Source of the DNA: Callorhinchus milii
Taxonomy: Eukaryota
Direction: 5' to 3'
DNA length: 64,000 nucleotides
Assembly: GCF_018977255.1 (NCBI RefSeq)
Contig: NW_024704742.1
Location: forward strand, 63,056,001-63,120,000
Shown: piece by piece, positions 1 through 11,194 of the stretch
Position numbering within the stretch: the first letter of the stretch is position 1
Layout: the number at the start of each line of letters is the position of its first letter
The notes under the pieces: generated by a model
What the model was told of the DNA's origin: nothing
The model's database searches: none
What the model saw: the letters and a program-made list of their open reading frames with translations, nothing else
Program-made: the position numbers and the translations under genes

Positions 1-99
1 TCACCTTCACATCTGACACTGTGAGCTCATTCAACTGCAGAGGTCTTTCTCCTGCCGCCTCCTGGTTTGGCCTTTGAATGCAATCTTCCCCTTGACTGA

Positions 100-420
100 G
101 GGTGGTACATAGATTCACTAAAATGAAACCAAGGATGAAAGGATATAATTATGATGAAAGGCATAAAAGGTTGGGGCTGTATTCAGTGGAGCAGACAAAA
201 GGTTAACAGGGGGATATAATAGAAGTGTTCAGAATGAAGAAAGGCTTTGAGTGGCTAAACACCATTGTGACAAATTATTTCCACTGGTTGGTGAATTGGC
301 AACAAGAGCATAAACTCAAGGTTATTACCTTGAATCATAAAAAGGGAAAGAAGGAAGATAGAAGGATTTTTATTGCACACAAAAGGTTATTAATATAGAA
401 TGTATTCCAACTAATGGTTG
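100..420 (+). mobile_element. Degraded CR1 LINE 3' ORF2 fragment
   Basis: Similar to the 3' region of the long CR1 copies in this window (GGGCTGTATTCAGTGGAGCAGA...GGGGATATAATAGAAGTGTTC vs 63460-63520); many stops. Confidence 0.75.
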
Positions 421-1190
421 TTTATCATGTGTACATGGGATGCACAAAGGTGTAGCCTAGGAGGACTTTAGAGATGTAAGGAGGAGCCAGGGAGTTAATG
501 GAAAAGTGTTGGAAAGTGCTGGGCAAATATGTAGTCATTTCTCATGGACTCAGATATAAGAATTCAATTCAAATTAAAACCTTTCATTGATCCATAAAAA
601 CGTACAGTAATGCATGTACAAGCAATCGTCATAATGAGGATTTCACAAGAAATCTTCTCAGCCAAATGACACACAGATGTTAGGTTGTGTTTTGTGGCAC
701 ATTGTGTGTGAGAATGGAAATTAACAGAATGCATGGACACACATTATGTCCTGCTTTCTGTAAAGAAAAGTACTTAAAAAAAAGGACTGATACTTGTGTG
801 ATTTTGGAGATGGTGACCTCATTAAGCCTTGTACTTTATATGTTTGGAATAGAAGATAATTTCATCTCAGCTCTGGAGCAGCAATTGACAATTAGCAAAA
901 GCATGTTTGAAAAAGGAAGGCAAGATACCTACAACCTTCTGACTCAGAGGCAAATGAATATTGGACAATGGTAAAATACTGTAATCAGAAGAATGGTTCT
1001 TTCAAAAGACATAGCTCCCACAGGATCAAGAAGAATATTTACTGTGAGATCTGACCACATGTGGTGCAGTAATAACATTGGCTTTCCACTAGGATCAACT
1101 GCGTGGGCCAATTTTTATTCTAAATTTCAGCATTATGATCAACATACAGACAATATCCCACTTAGTGATGCATCAGTACATGATGCGCAG

Positions 1191-1270
1191 TAGACTACAA
1201 TTCAATAGACTACAATTTAATGGATTACAGAACAATAAACTAAAGTACAATAGACTACAGTACAAAAGAC
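1191..1270 (+). repeat. 15-bp tandem repeat, about 5 degenerate copies (TAGACTACAGTACAA-like)
   Basis: TAGACTACAATTCAA TAGACTACAATTTAA TGGATTACAGAACAA TAAACTAAAGTACAA TAGACTACAGTACAA read directly. Confidence 0.9.
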
Positions 1271-1490
1271 AAAATTATATTGAAAGCTCCTTTCGCTTGG
1301 CAACATGTTTCCATCATATTCTATTATTTCCATATTTACCTCAAACATAAGTGAACCTTTAAACTAAAAGATATTTGAGGCTAAGTTGCATTCTATGAAA
1401 TTCATATTGACTTTAGAAGTTACGTAAAAAGCAATGAATTACTTTTGAAGCGCAGTGACTGTTATTATGGAGGAAAAAACAGCAACTAAT

Positions 1491-1932
1491 TTTTTGGCTT
1501 TTTTGATCAGCCGGGTGTCTCACACCTGCAGAAATCCATGACCATGCTTACGAGTATCCAAACCAAGCTGAGATTTCTCTGCATCCCACCTACACATGGA
1601 AATCCCAGAGATAGATTGTTGGAATGGAATGCACACTCTCTCCCTGGAGGGCCTCATCCTGCTTACCTAATTTCGTAAAGTATTAGGAGCAGGTTGGCAA
1701 AAACCAAGGCTTGGGGACCCCGGAGTGTGCATTGCGGTACTGCTGGAGTCTAACCAACTAAAACCGCTTAGCTTGTCACTGATATTGCTGTCTGGCAAGC
1801 TTTCCCGCTGCTTGTCCAGCTAGGACCAGCCTATCCTTTGGGGCTTTGCCAGGCAGGCTTAAAAGAGCTGAGTAGTATGATTCCCTCCCCTGAGTGACTG
1901 GTCTGTCCTTCCAGGTCCTGCTGATAAGCCTG
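1491..1932 (-). mobile_element. Unclassified poly(A)-tailed retroposon 3' end inserted in an old Deu-SINE
   Basis: T-rich left end (A tail on minus strand); flanked by GCAACTAAT (1482-1490) and GCAGCTAAT (1933-1941); SINE sequence continues on both sides; terminal part recurs at 9867-9947. Confidence 0.65.
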
Positions 1933-3559
1933 GCAGCTAATCTGTGGTAGGAACACATCACAAATAGCAATGAAATGAACAACCAATTAATCAGTCTTTG
2001 TGAGTTTGGATAAAGGAGGATTTTTTTTGTCTGGATACAAGACAATTATCATGATAATCCTTTGATATGGTACCTCATCATGTTGTAAAACATCTCAAAA
2101 TGCCTCACAGGAATTAATATAAAGTGTAGTGACTGTGTATGTTGCAATAAATGTTTAGATGAATTGTGTACAGCAATGCCTCACAAACACAGAAATGTAT
2201 GGCGTAGAACCATAGAAATTTACAGCACAGGAGGGCCATTCGGCCCAGCATGTCTGTGCTGATTCTTTCAAAGAACAATCCTTTCAGTCCCATTTCCCTG
2301 CCCATTACCCATACGTGTGTATGGGTGAAGGGTAGTTCGCTCCTTTAGTTTGCCCGTGTAGTTTACTCCTTTATAATAATAATCCTTGCATTTGATACAG
2401 AGCCTTATCACATTGTTGAGCTGTCTCAAAGCACTTCATAGAATATATTGTAAAGTGAATTGACTGTATCTTGTGGGCGAATCACGGCAACCAATTGTGC
2501 AAAGCAGTGTCCAACAGTCATGATTCACAAAAAATCAAAGGTATAAAAATAAATATTCTATTCCTTTTTATGTCTTTGATTTTCTTTCTATTTGCTTACG
2601 AAATACACAGGTTACTTTACAGTAATTCCTGTGAGCACTTTGAAATGTCCTCCTGATGTGAAAGGAGGAAGAATTTGCATCCATTTGCATATCAAATGCA
2701 AGGTCTTCTTATAACTAATATTATTATTAATAAGAATGTAAAAGTTTAACAACTCAGCTGTTTGTTAGCAAGTTATAAAGTTACAGAGAATCTCAGAGAA
2801 AGAAATTGGTCTCAAGAGCTATATCATTTTGAAGGTCAGCTTTTAACAAAGATTTGCAAAGTCAAGGTGAAAGTCAGAGCTTTGGTAATGAATTTTAAGA
2901 TTGAAGCTTGCAGGCTCACTTATGTACAATGTGAAGCCATCCTTAAGCCCTCACTATTTTTTGTTTCTTTTGTTGGATTTAAAAAGTCATATCCTGTATA
3001 TTTGTACTTTGTGTTCATTGGCAACAGCAAAAAATGCTAAAGATATTAAAAATCAATCAGTTTTAACTCCATTGAATTCTTTGGATAATTCTGTTTGCTT
3101 TCCCACAGAATTGCGTGGGAAACAGTGCATGCCTTGGAAGGTGTGTGTGGGGGACGGGGGAGATGTTGGTGAATTGCAGTTTGTGGATAAAAGGCCAAGG
3201 GAAATACAAACAAAGAGAGATTCTATCAGTAATATCAAGGAACTCATTACCTTCCTATCAGCCTGAAAGACCCTATTAGTCTAAATCAAATGAACCTCAG
3301 CTTCTGTAACATTTGTCAGAAAAGTTTGACATCAGCCAAGATAAAGAACCTAATCTTCACCAGCAAAGTGGCGTGAATAAGATAATCGAAACAGGAAATA
3401 AAAGGCTGGTTAGAAAAAATATTGACACAGAGAGGGCTAGGAAGGTGCAGTTCACTGTAACACACCACTATTGAGACCATAGATTGTTTTCAAAGGGAGC
3501 TAGATAAATGGTTGTTAAAAGAGGAATGTTAATCTCCATGAGTGCACACTACAACTCAC

Positions 3560-4303
3560 TGCCAGTTAGGAACCTAAGTGTCTTGTTTGACCCTCAACTG
3601 TCTTTTCTTCCCCACATCCAAGCCATGACCCACTCTGCCTTCCCTCACCTCCGTAACATCGCCCGACTCCGCCACTACCTCACCCCTCAGCCGCTGAAAC
3701 TCTTGTTCAAGCCTTCATCATCTCCAGGCTCGACTATGCAAATGCCCTGCTTGTCGGCCTTCCCAACTCCTCCCTCCACAGACTGCAGATAATTCAGAAC
3801 TCTGCAGCCCATGTCTCTCCCGCACCAAACTCTGTGACCCCATCTCCCCCATTCTCGCTCGACTCCATTGGCTCCCTATCCTTCAGAGGATCCAGTTCAA
3901 GATCCTGGTCATCACATACAAAGCCCTTCATGGCCGTGCCCCACCCTACCTCTGCGACCTCCTAACCCCCTACCAACCCACCCATTCCCTCCGCTCAGCC
4001 AGCTCTGGCCTGCTCCACATCCCCAGACCCACCCGCCCCACCATTGGCAGGAGACCCTTCAGCCACTCTGCCCCCAACCTCTAGAATTCCATCTCCCAAT
4101 CGCTCCGCCTCGCCCCCTCCTTAGCCTGATTCACGTCGCACCTCAAGACCCTCCTCTTCGACCATGCCATCGACCACCCCCCTTCCCCTCCCCTCCCTTC
4201 TCCCCCCCTGACCCCAGCTCAGGTCTGAAATACTGTACACAGTCCAGCACCTTGGGATGTTCTCCTGACGTGAAAGGTGCTATACAAATGTAATCTTGTT
4301 GTT
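3560..4303 (+). mobile_element. L2 LINE 3' fragment (ORF2 C-terminus and tail)
   Basis: Translation VRNLSVLFDPQLSFLPHI...HLRNIARLR and, in a shifted frame, SRLDYANALL, typical of L2; tail GTGAAAGGTGCTATACAAATGTAATCTTGTTGTT. Confidence 0.92.
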
Positions 4304-4843
4304 ATTTAAGTGTATTGGGAGAGAGACGGAGAGTCAGATCAAATGAAGTGGAACGTTTAGGAGAAAAAAACAGGACAGATATAATCGGTCAAATGGCCAA
4401 AAAAGAGTGGACCATTCTCAATTCAGTTCAGTATTGTTTTCTATAACTCATGGTTGATTCCTTTAGCTGTCAACCAAAAATCCTTTGATATTTTCTCTTC
4501 TCCTGCCTCTTTAGTGCATTCTGAGATGCTATCCTGAGTGAAAGGCATTAATAAATGCAAGTTTTTGTTGATTAGTGTGCTGATTGTTTCAGTGCTTTAG
4601 CTTTCAGTATCTGTCCCATGTCTTGTTGACTAAGACCATAGTTTATATTATCATTATCCAGCACTCTGAGAAGTTTTTCTGCATGAAGGGAGCTATATAA
4701 ATTCAAGTTGTTGTATTTATCTCCTTCCCCAATCTCATCATTCTGCTGAATAACATTTCCCAATTATGATAATTCTTGCAATTATTGTAGTTTCTTAGCA
4801 CATCATAAAACATCTCAAAGTGCTTCACATAAATTACTGTAAT

Positions 4844-5175
4844 GAGTCCTGTAGCTCAGTGGTTAGAGCACTCGCTTTGCAGGTGAGAGACCTGAATTCA
4901 ATTCCAGGCAGGGCGAAACCTTGGGCAAGTTTCCTTACTCCACACGCCTAATAATAATCCCTCCAAAAAACCAAAAACAATAATTAAATTGGTCATTTTC
5001 AATCTACGACTGTTTGTGGGACATTGCTGTGCGCAATTGGCTGCCGCGTTCGCCCACAAATATACAGTCAATTCACTTTACAGTGTGTTCTGTGAAGCGC
5101 TTTGGGACGTCCTCCTGACGTGAAAAGCGCTATATCAAATGCAAGGATTATTATTATTATTATTATTATTATTAT
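4844..5175 (+). mobile_element. Full-length tRNA-Ala-derived SINE (short type A), nested in a minus-strand Deu-SINE
   Basis: A box TAGCTCAGTGG, TGC anticodon loop, B box TTCAATTCC, L2-like tail, (TTA)n end; TAATG on both flanks; near-identical copies elsewhere in the window. Confidence 0.93.
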
Positions 5176-5179
5176 AATG

Positions 5180-5508
5180 CTATGCATGTTGTAGTGAACA
5201 CTACAACCAAATTTTACACAGCAATGCCCCACAAACAACCATGAAGTCAGTGACTAATTTTATCTGAAGGCCTGTTGGTCAGAACACAGGGAGAAACTCC
5301 TTTCTCATTTCACACAGTGCCATAGGATATTTAATGTCAACCTGAACTCAGTTCAACATCTCAACCATCCACCTCTGATGATATAGCGCACCTCAACACT
5401 GTGCTGGAGTGTCACTCTGGACTGTGAGTTCAAAGTCCAACATTGGAATTGAACCCACAACCTTCTATCTCAGAGGTGAGAGTGCTATAACGTGAGCTAG
5501 ACTGATAT
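5180..5508 (-). mobile_element. Deu-domain SINE (SacSINE1/AmnSINE-like), 5' part; its tail lies at ~4780-4843
   Basis: Reverse complement gives a tRNA-like head and the Deu-like core GACATTAAATATCCTATGGCACT; similar to 6260-6690. Confidence 0.8.
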
Positions 5509-6259
5509 CTGACTGAGATAGATTGACACTTAACCTAAGTGCTTTATAAAACCAAACCGCTTGGTATTTGGTGAGACTCTTTCTTGTTATTTTTCCCAGT
5601 TTGGTTATTATAGCAAATTTAGAGAGTTTGGTTTCTGTCCCTACTTCAAAACAATTTAAGGATAATATACAACATCCATTTATTGCTTTTTTTCTTATAA
5701 TTAAAAAGACATAATAATAATAAACCTTGCATTTGATATAGTCTTATCACGTGCTTGAGACGCCTCAAAGCGCGTCACAGGATATATTGTAAAGTGTAGT
5801 GACTGTATATTTTGTGGGCAAAAAGCAGCAGCCAATTGCATGCAGCAGAGTCCCACAAACAGTCATATCAACATATGGGCATGAAGAAGTACATTACATA
5901 TTAAGAAATAGCAGCTAGTCCTCTTGACATTTGCAAGCTTGCCATAATTTGGCTATGTTGTAAAATGGTGGTACAGTGACCTTGGAGGGTATAATTCTGC
6001 AAGTGATTTTAAACCATTAATCTTAAATTCATGCCCTCTTGTCTTCAAATACCCCCACCCCCCCACCAGCGGAAAGAGATTTTCATGATTTATTCTCTCA
6101 AAGGTTTTCATTATCTTAAAAATTATTGTCACATCAGCTCTTCTGATGTAAATTTCTGCATCCAAGGCCCACATTAGGACCTTGAGTTCATAGTCTATCT
6201 GACACTCAACGGCAGTGCTGGAGATGTGCTGCATTAAAATATGTATATTATATTAAATA

Positions 6260-6690
6260 TTAATCCTTGCATTTGGTAGAGCCCCTTATGACATCATTGA
6301 GATATGTGAAAGCACTTCACAGGAATTACAGTAAAATGTAGTGATGGTCTATTTGCAGACAAACATGGCAGACCATTCACGCTCAGCAATATTCCTCAAA
6401 CAGTCATGAAGTGAATGATCAAATTCATCTTTTGGAATTTTTGGCTTGGACACTGGGAAAAACTCCCTTCTCTTTTCATATAGTGTCTTGGGATCTCTAA
6501 CGTCCACGTGAACAGACAACCGAGGCCTCGGTGTAATGTCTTATCTGAAGGTCGTGGTCTCTAATAATGCCAATCCACACCCCTAACACTGTCCTACAGT
6601 GTCAGTCTAGACTGTGTGAGTTCAAGTCCAGATGTGGGCCAACCATCAGATTCAGAGGCAAGAGTGGTACCTACTAAGTCAGGCTGTACT
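6260..6690 (-). mobile_element. Near full-length Deu-domain SINE
   Basis: Minus strand reads head, then CTTCAGATAAGACATTACACCGAGG...GTGGACGTTAGAGATCCCAAGACACTA (Deu core), then L2-type tail. Confidence 0.85.
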
Positions 6691-7639
6691 GTGTCACAAT
6701 ATACCAGCTTTACTCAACCCCTCAGATCCTGTACACAAGAAGGGGAGCTGGCTATTTACTCTGAGGAAACAGGTCAATAAAGTTGTGACCCATTACTCCA
6801 TTACAGGGTGCTTGTAATCACTATCAGTTAATGAATCAGTATCTAATTTTTTTTAGCCTCAGTAGGTCTCAACTCAGAAGCTTGGTTTAAAAATAGATGA
6901 CTGTGGTCTGATTCAAAGGATAAAGTATATAAATTGGACCTTAAAAATCTATACTGTTTGAACTAATCTGTTCAGCTCTACAGCCTTATATCTAGTCTCG
7001 GGTATCCCTTGATGCTCTATTTTGCTTAGAGGCAAGATAAATCCAACAGAAATGATTTCTTTATGAAAATCTATAGCTGTCACGTTCAAGGTGCTGGATA
7101 AAGATAGAAGAAATATTCTCACCAAGAAAGCATGTCAACGCACAAAATTGTAGCTATCCTTCACATATAAGACCATTTTGTCCAAAATTTTAGGATCGAA
7201 ACAGGAAAATTTACAGCAGAGAAGTAGGCCATTCGACCTATCAAGTTTATCAACCTTTTCTCAGAACAAGCGTTCCATTCAATCCCACTGTCCTGCTTTA
7301 TCCCCATACCCCTTTAATCCTTTATCTTCCGCAGAGAATTGTGGAAAAACACAAACCACATGAATTTGGAAGCTGGTTCTTATCAAACACTTCAGGAAAT
7401 CCTCTTCCAAATTAGGACGCAATTAAATACATTTCCACAGTTCTGTGTGATCTTAAAATTTAATGTGTACCACTAGCTTAACAATTGATCTTGTTTCACC
7501 ATTTAACATTATGAGATTGTTCTGAGTTTAATTTCTCAACCCTAATTAAAAAAATAATAATCTTTGCATGTGATATAGCACCTTATTACAAACTTTACGG
7601 GGTTTCTGGTTGACAAATTTTGTAGTTGAACACCTTTAT

Positions 7640-7890
7640 ATGCATTTATAAAGTCCTCTGTAAGATAACTCCTTTCAAGAATGAAGAAACTTCCCTATCT
7701 TATCTAATCATTGCTCATAATCTAACAATGGATATCATCTTCATTGCTTTCCTTTGCTCTGCCTCTATGACCTGATCAGCCCCCTTACATTGCAGTGACC
7801 AGAACTGGGTGGAGTATTTTTGATATGGCTTGACCAGAGCACTGTACAGTATGACAGCTGTGGATCTAATCTCACACAATTTGGCAATAT
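7640..7890 (-). mobile_element. CR1 ORF2 fragment
   Basis: ORF 7715-7903 LYSALVKPYQKYSTQFWS matches the CR1 motif LYKTLVRPQLEYCVQFW seen at 12510-12560. Confidence 0.8.
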
Positions 7891-8675
7891 ACAACAACAA
7901 CAAATTACATTTATATAGTACCTTTCACATCTGAATAATATCCAAAGGTGTTGGAGAATCAAAGATCTGATTCCAAGGAGGGGGAGGATATAAGGGGACC
8001 AAGGGAAGGAAGTATGGGGAGATAACCAAAGGCGCAATCAAAGCAGAAGGTCTTAAGATGGACCTTTAAGGAGGCTAGAAAAGGGGCAAGGCAAAAGGAT
8101 TCAGGGATTGAGTTCCAGAGAGTGGGGCAAAAAGCCTAAAAACATGACCACTGATATTGGGATTGGCAGAGTGAGAGATTTGAAGCAGAGTGGAGAGAAA
8201 GGGCCTGTTGAGAAGGTTTTAGAAGGTCAGAAAGGTAAGGCGGGGCAAGGCAGTGGAGGGCTTTAAAAGTGAGGACCAGGATCTTGAACTTAATCCTGGG
8301 GATGGGGAGTCAATGTCATTAGGTGAGGATAGGGATGATACACTCTTAGAGCCTGGTGTGGGATAGAACACAAGCAGCAGAATTTTAAATAGAAATTGCA
8401 GCTTGTGGAGGGAAGAGTTGGGATAACCAGCAAGCAGAGTGAGTGTAGACCAGCATGGTTAAGGGTCTCGGCTCCCAGAGGGGAGAAGTTGTGGTGGGGG
8501 CAGGAAATATTGTGAAGCTGGAGAAAAGATGAAAGATTCAAGGCAGTAGAGTGTGCACCCATGTACAGTGATGCTGTCGGCACCAGAGGTAAAAAGACAA
8601 TGACAAGTGCAAACAGGTGAGCCTCTGTTTTGTCGACATTCAATTGGAGAACATTGGCTCTCATCCAGGACTTGC
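7891..8675 (-). mobile_element. L2 LINE 3' fragment
   Basis: KSWMRANVLQLNVDKTE motif (ORF 8290-8688) and L2 tail with (CAA)n at 7891. Confidence 0.85.
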
Positions 8676-9289
8676 TATAGCCCTGCATTCTGGTTGCCTT
8701 ATTAATTGCTGCCTCACACTGTTTGGACAGAATGAATGATCAGTCAACCAGCACCCCTAGATCTCTTTCAGCTTGCCCTTGGAAAGAGATTGTATCCCAT
8801 TCATAGAGAACACGTGTTTCCTATTCTTACTCACTAAGCTTGCATCAGTATTGAACTTTATAACACATAGTCGCAATAGCTTTAATGTAAGCAATGTATG
8901 AAGAGAAAATTTTGAAGCTAATTTAGGAATAAGTGAACACCACATACTTGGCCTGGCCAGTTCCAATACAATCTTAATATTGGACTTTGTTAAGAAGGAG
9001 ATCACCTTCCAATCCTAAACGTGACTGTCTCTCAATGCTCTGCTTGTCAGCTTGTTCAAAAAACTTCAATGATCAGAACTGATTAGATTACTTCAAACAC
9101 TATGCATTGTTGGAGCCAATTTATCCACTTTATCCTTTCCATCATCCACTCAGTAATCAATTTCTGCAACCGCACTCCACAGGCAGAAAATGTGAAGGCC
9201 TGAAGTGTACGTAGTGATTGTAAATGCAGTCAAACTCTGTAGCATTGTGTGGTTGCATTTACAATCACTACGGTGAGGAAATTTCCCAG

Positions 9290-9492
9290 TTCCACATTTA
9301 CTCTTTTAATATAGCATTTCAGAGTGCAGAATATGGCAAATTGCTGAGTTCAGTCAGAACATTGACGATGGGTTTCTATAAGAACTTAAAAGAAGTTACA
9401 GAAAACTGACTTCAAAGGCTGTGCTTAACAATTCTAGAAATTCTCCAAATTCTGGATGCCCTGAAATGCTATGTTAAAAGGGACAGGTGGAA
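9290..9492. repeat. MITE-like element with ~43-bp imperfect inverted arms
   Basis: Left arm TTCCACATTTACTCTTTTAATATAGCATTTCAGAGTGCAGAAT; reverse complement of right arm TTCCACCTGTCCCTTTTAACATAGCATTTCAGGGCATCCAGAAT. Confidence 0.75.
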
Positions 9493-9603
9493 TTTTACCC
9501 CAACAGAGTCCAAATTGGTCAAACACTCAAAGTGTTCCCTTAAGGCTTAAGCCGTTTTAAGGGATTCTTTTTCATTTTACTATTGTTGTGAAAATCATGT
9601 GTT

Positions 9604-9800
9604 AATAATAATAATCCTTGCATTTGGTATAGTGCCTTATCACACCTTCAAGACATCTCAAAGTGCTTCACAGAATATGCTGTAAAGTGAATTGACCGTA
9701 TACTTGTGGGCGAAACGTGGCAGCCAATTGCGTACAGCAGTGTCTCACAAATAGTCATGGATTGAAAATGACCAATTTATTATTGTTTTGGAGGGATTAT
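9604..9800 (-). mobile_element. 3' half of tRNA-Ala SINE
   Basis: Reverse complement of the body and tail of the 4844-5175 element. Confidence 0.88.
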
Positions 9801-9866
9801 TATTAGTATTGATTATTATTAGTATTAATTATCACCAGTATTGTTTGGTATTGAAAAAGATTATCA

Positions 9867-9947
9867 TTTTTGTTTGGTCAGCCGGGTGTTTGCGGAAACC
9901 TATCACCTTAAGAGTATTCAAAGAGTATCCAAACCAAACTGAGAATA
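9867..9947 (-). mobile_element. Short 3'-terminal copy of the 1491-1932 retroposon
   Basis: Shares TCAGCCGGGTGT and GAGTATCCAAACCAA(G/A)CTGAGA with 1507-1574; T-rich end; ATTATCA duplicated at 9860-9866 and 9948-9954. Confidence 0.65.
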
Positions 9948-11194
9948 ATTATCACATAATTGAAAATTCTGTGCCATTACTCAGGCAAGCCTGTACCTTG
10001 CTGTAACATTTGAATCTCAGTAGGAGAGGAGGAACAAAGCTGTGAGGCGTGGCTTGCCCCATCAACTTGGACAGAAATGTAGGTTTGAAAAGAAACTTAG
10101 CCAACAGCAACTTGCACTAATATAGAACTTTATATGTAGGCATATTGTCTTGAAACACAAATAAAATTAGGCAGAGAGTAGAGGGAGGAAAATGTAACTG
10201 TGTTAACCAAATGTCCCATCTTAATTTATGACATTATCCATGTTATAAAGTTTACAGTGTTTCTTTACTTGTGTTAGGTAACATAGGGAAAAGAACAAGA
10301 AACAGCGCAAACTTTATCCAACTTTACTCAGTTGGAATATCTGGCCTACTTTCATTACATTAATGTTCAGAGCCCCTCCTCCACAATAATTTTATTTTTG
10401 TTAAAAAATGAAGATCTGTATTTGATTCAAATATTGAAAATTGCAAATTTTGAAATGCACTTGTTTAAAAAAATGGAAATATTGGATCAAAGCCAGGAAG
10501 GATTGCTGTTTACATTAATATTTTCTTGTTTTGAATTATTGCCTTAATTGTTGAAGCTATTTCAGGTTTTCCCCAACCATGAATGATTTGGTTGAACTAA
10601 TTTCAATAGCAGAGCCCTCCATTGATTTCACTTACTCCAATTATCTGTTACACTCATTATTCTCTTTTAAAGGCCTTGTCTTGAGCCTCATTTGTCCTTT
10701 CACATTGTTTTGATTTGTGAGGCTGTTTTGTTGTCGGAAGCATCTAGGCTTCTGAATTATCTTACTGATCAGCACTGCTCATACACCTGTTGTCACCTTC
10801 TGTAGCTCTAAAGCTAGGAAATTCATCAGGTTGCAAATGTCTGTGACTGTGCTCTCTGACCTCACGGAATTTATTATGATAACATTGGCTGTTTGAGGGA
10901 CATTGTTGTCTGCAAATTGCCTGCCAGGTTTGCCTATAAAACGCACCACTTAATGGTATATACTTTGAGATATTTTGGTGATGTGATAAGTTATTAAATC
11001 AAATGCAAGGATTATTATTATTGAAGTTGCAACTCAAGAATCATTATCCTTCAGGACTGATTGTTCTGCCAACTCCAGTCTGATCCATGCCCTTCATCCA
11101 CATGACACCACCATTGACTGGTAGGCCTTCGCCTGCTTTGCCCCCCACCCCCACCAGAACTCTCTTCCAAAACATATTCTACAAACAAGACATT

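Noticed and set aside
1191..1270. Regularly spaced repeats as a CRISPR array
   Set aside because: Head-to-tail 15-mers without unique spacers in vertebrate DNA; ordinary minisatellite. The same applies to 24645-24750.
4844..4915. tRNA-Ala(TGC) gene (also at 19815-19889, 27077, 40542, 49820-49891, 50730-50804)
   Set aside because: Acceptor and T stems are imperfect, and each head continues into the same SINE body and LINE-derived tail; these are SINE heads.
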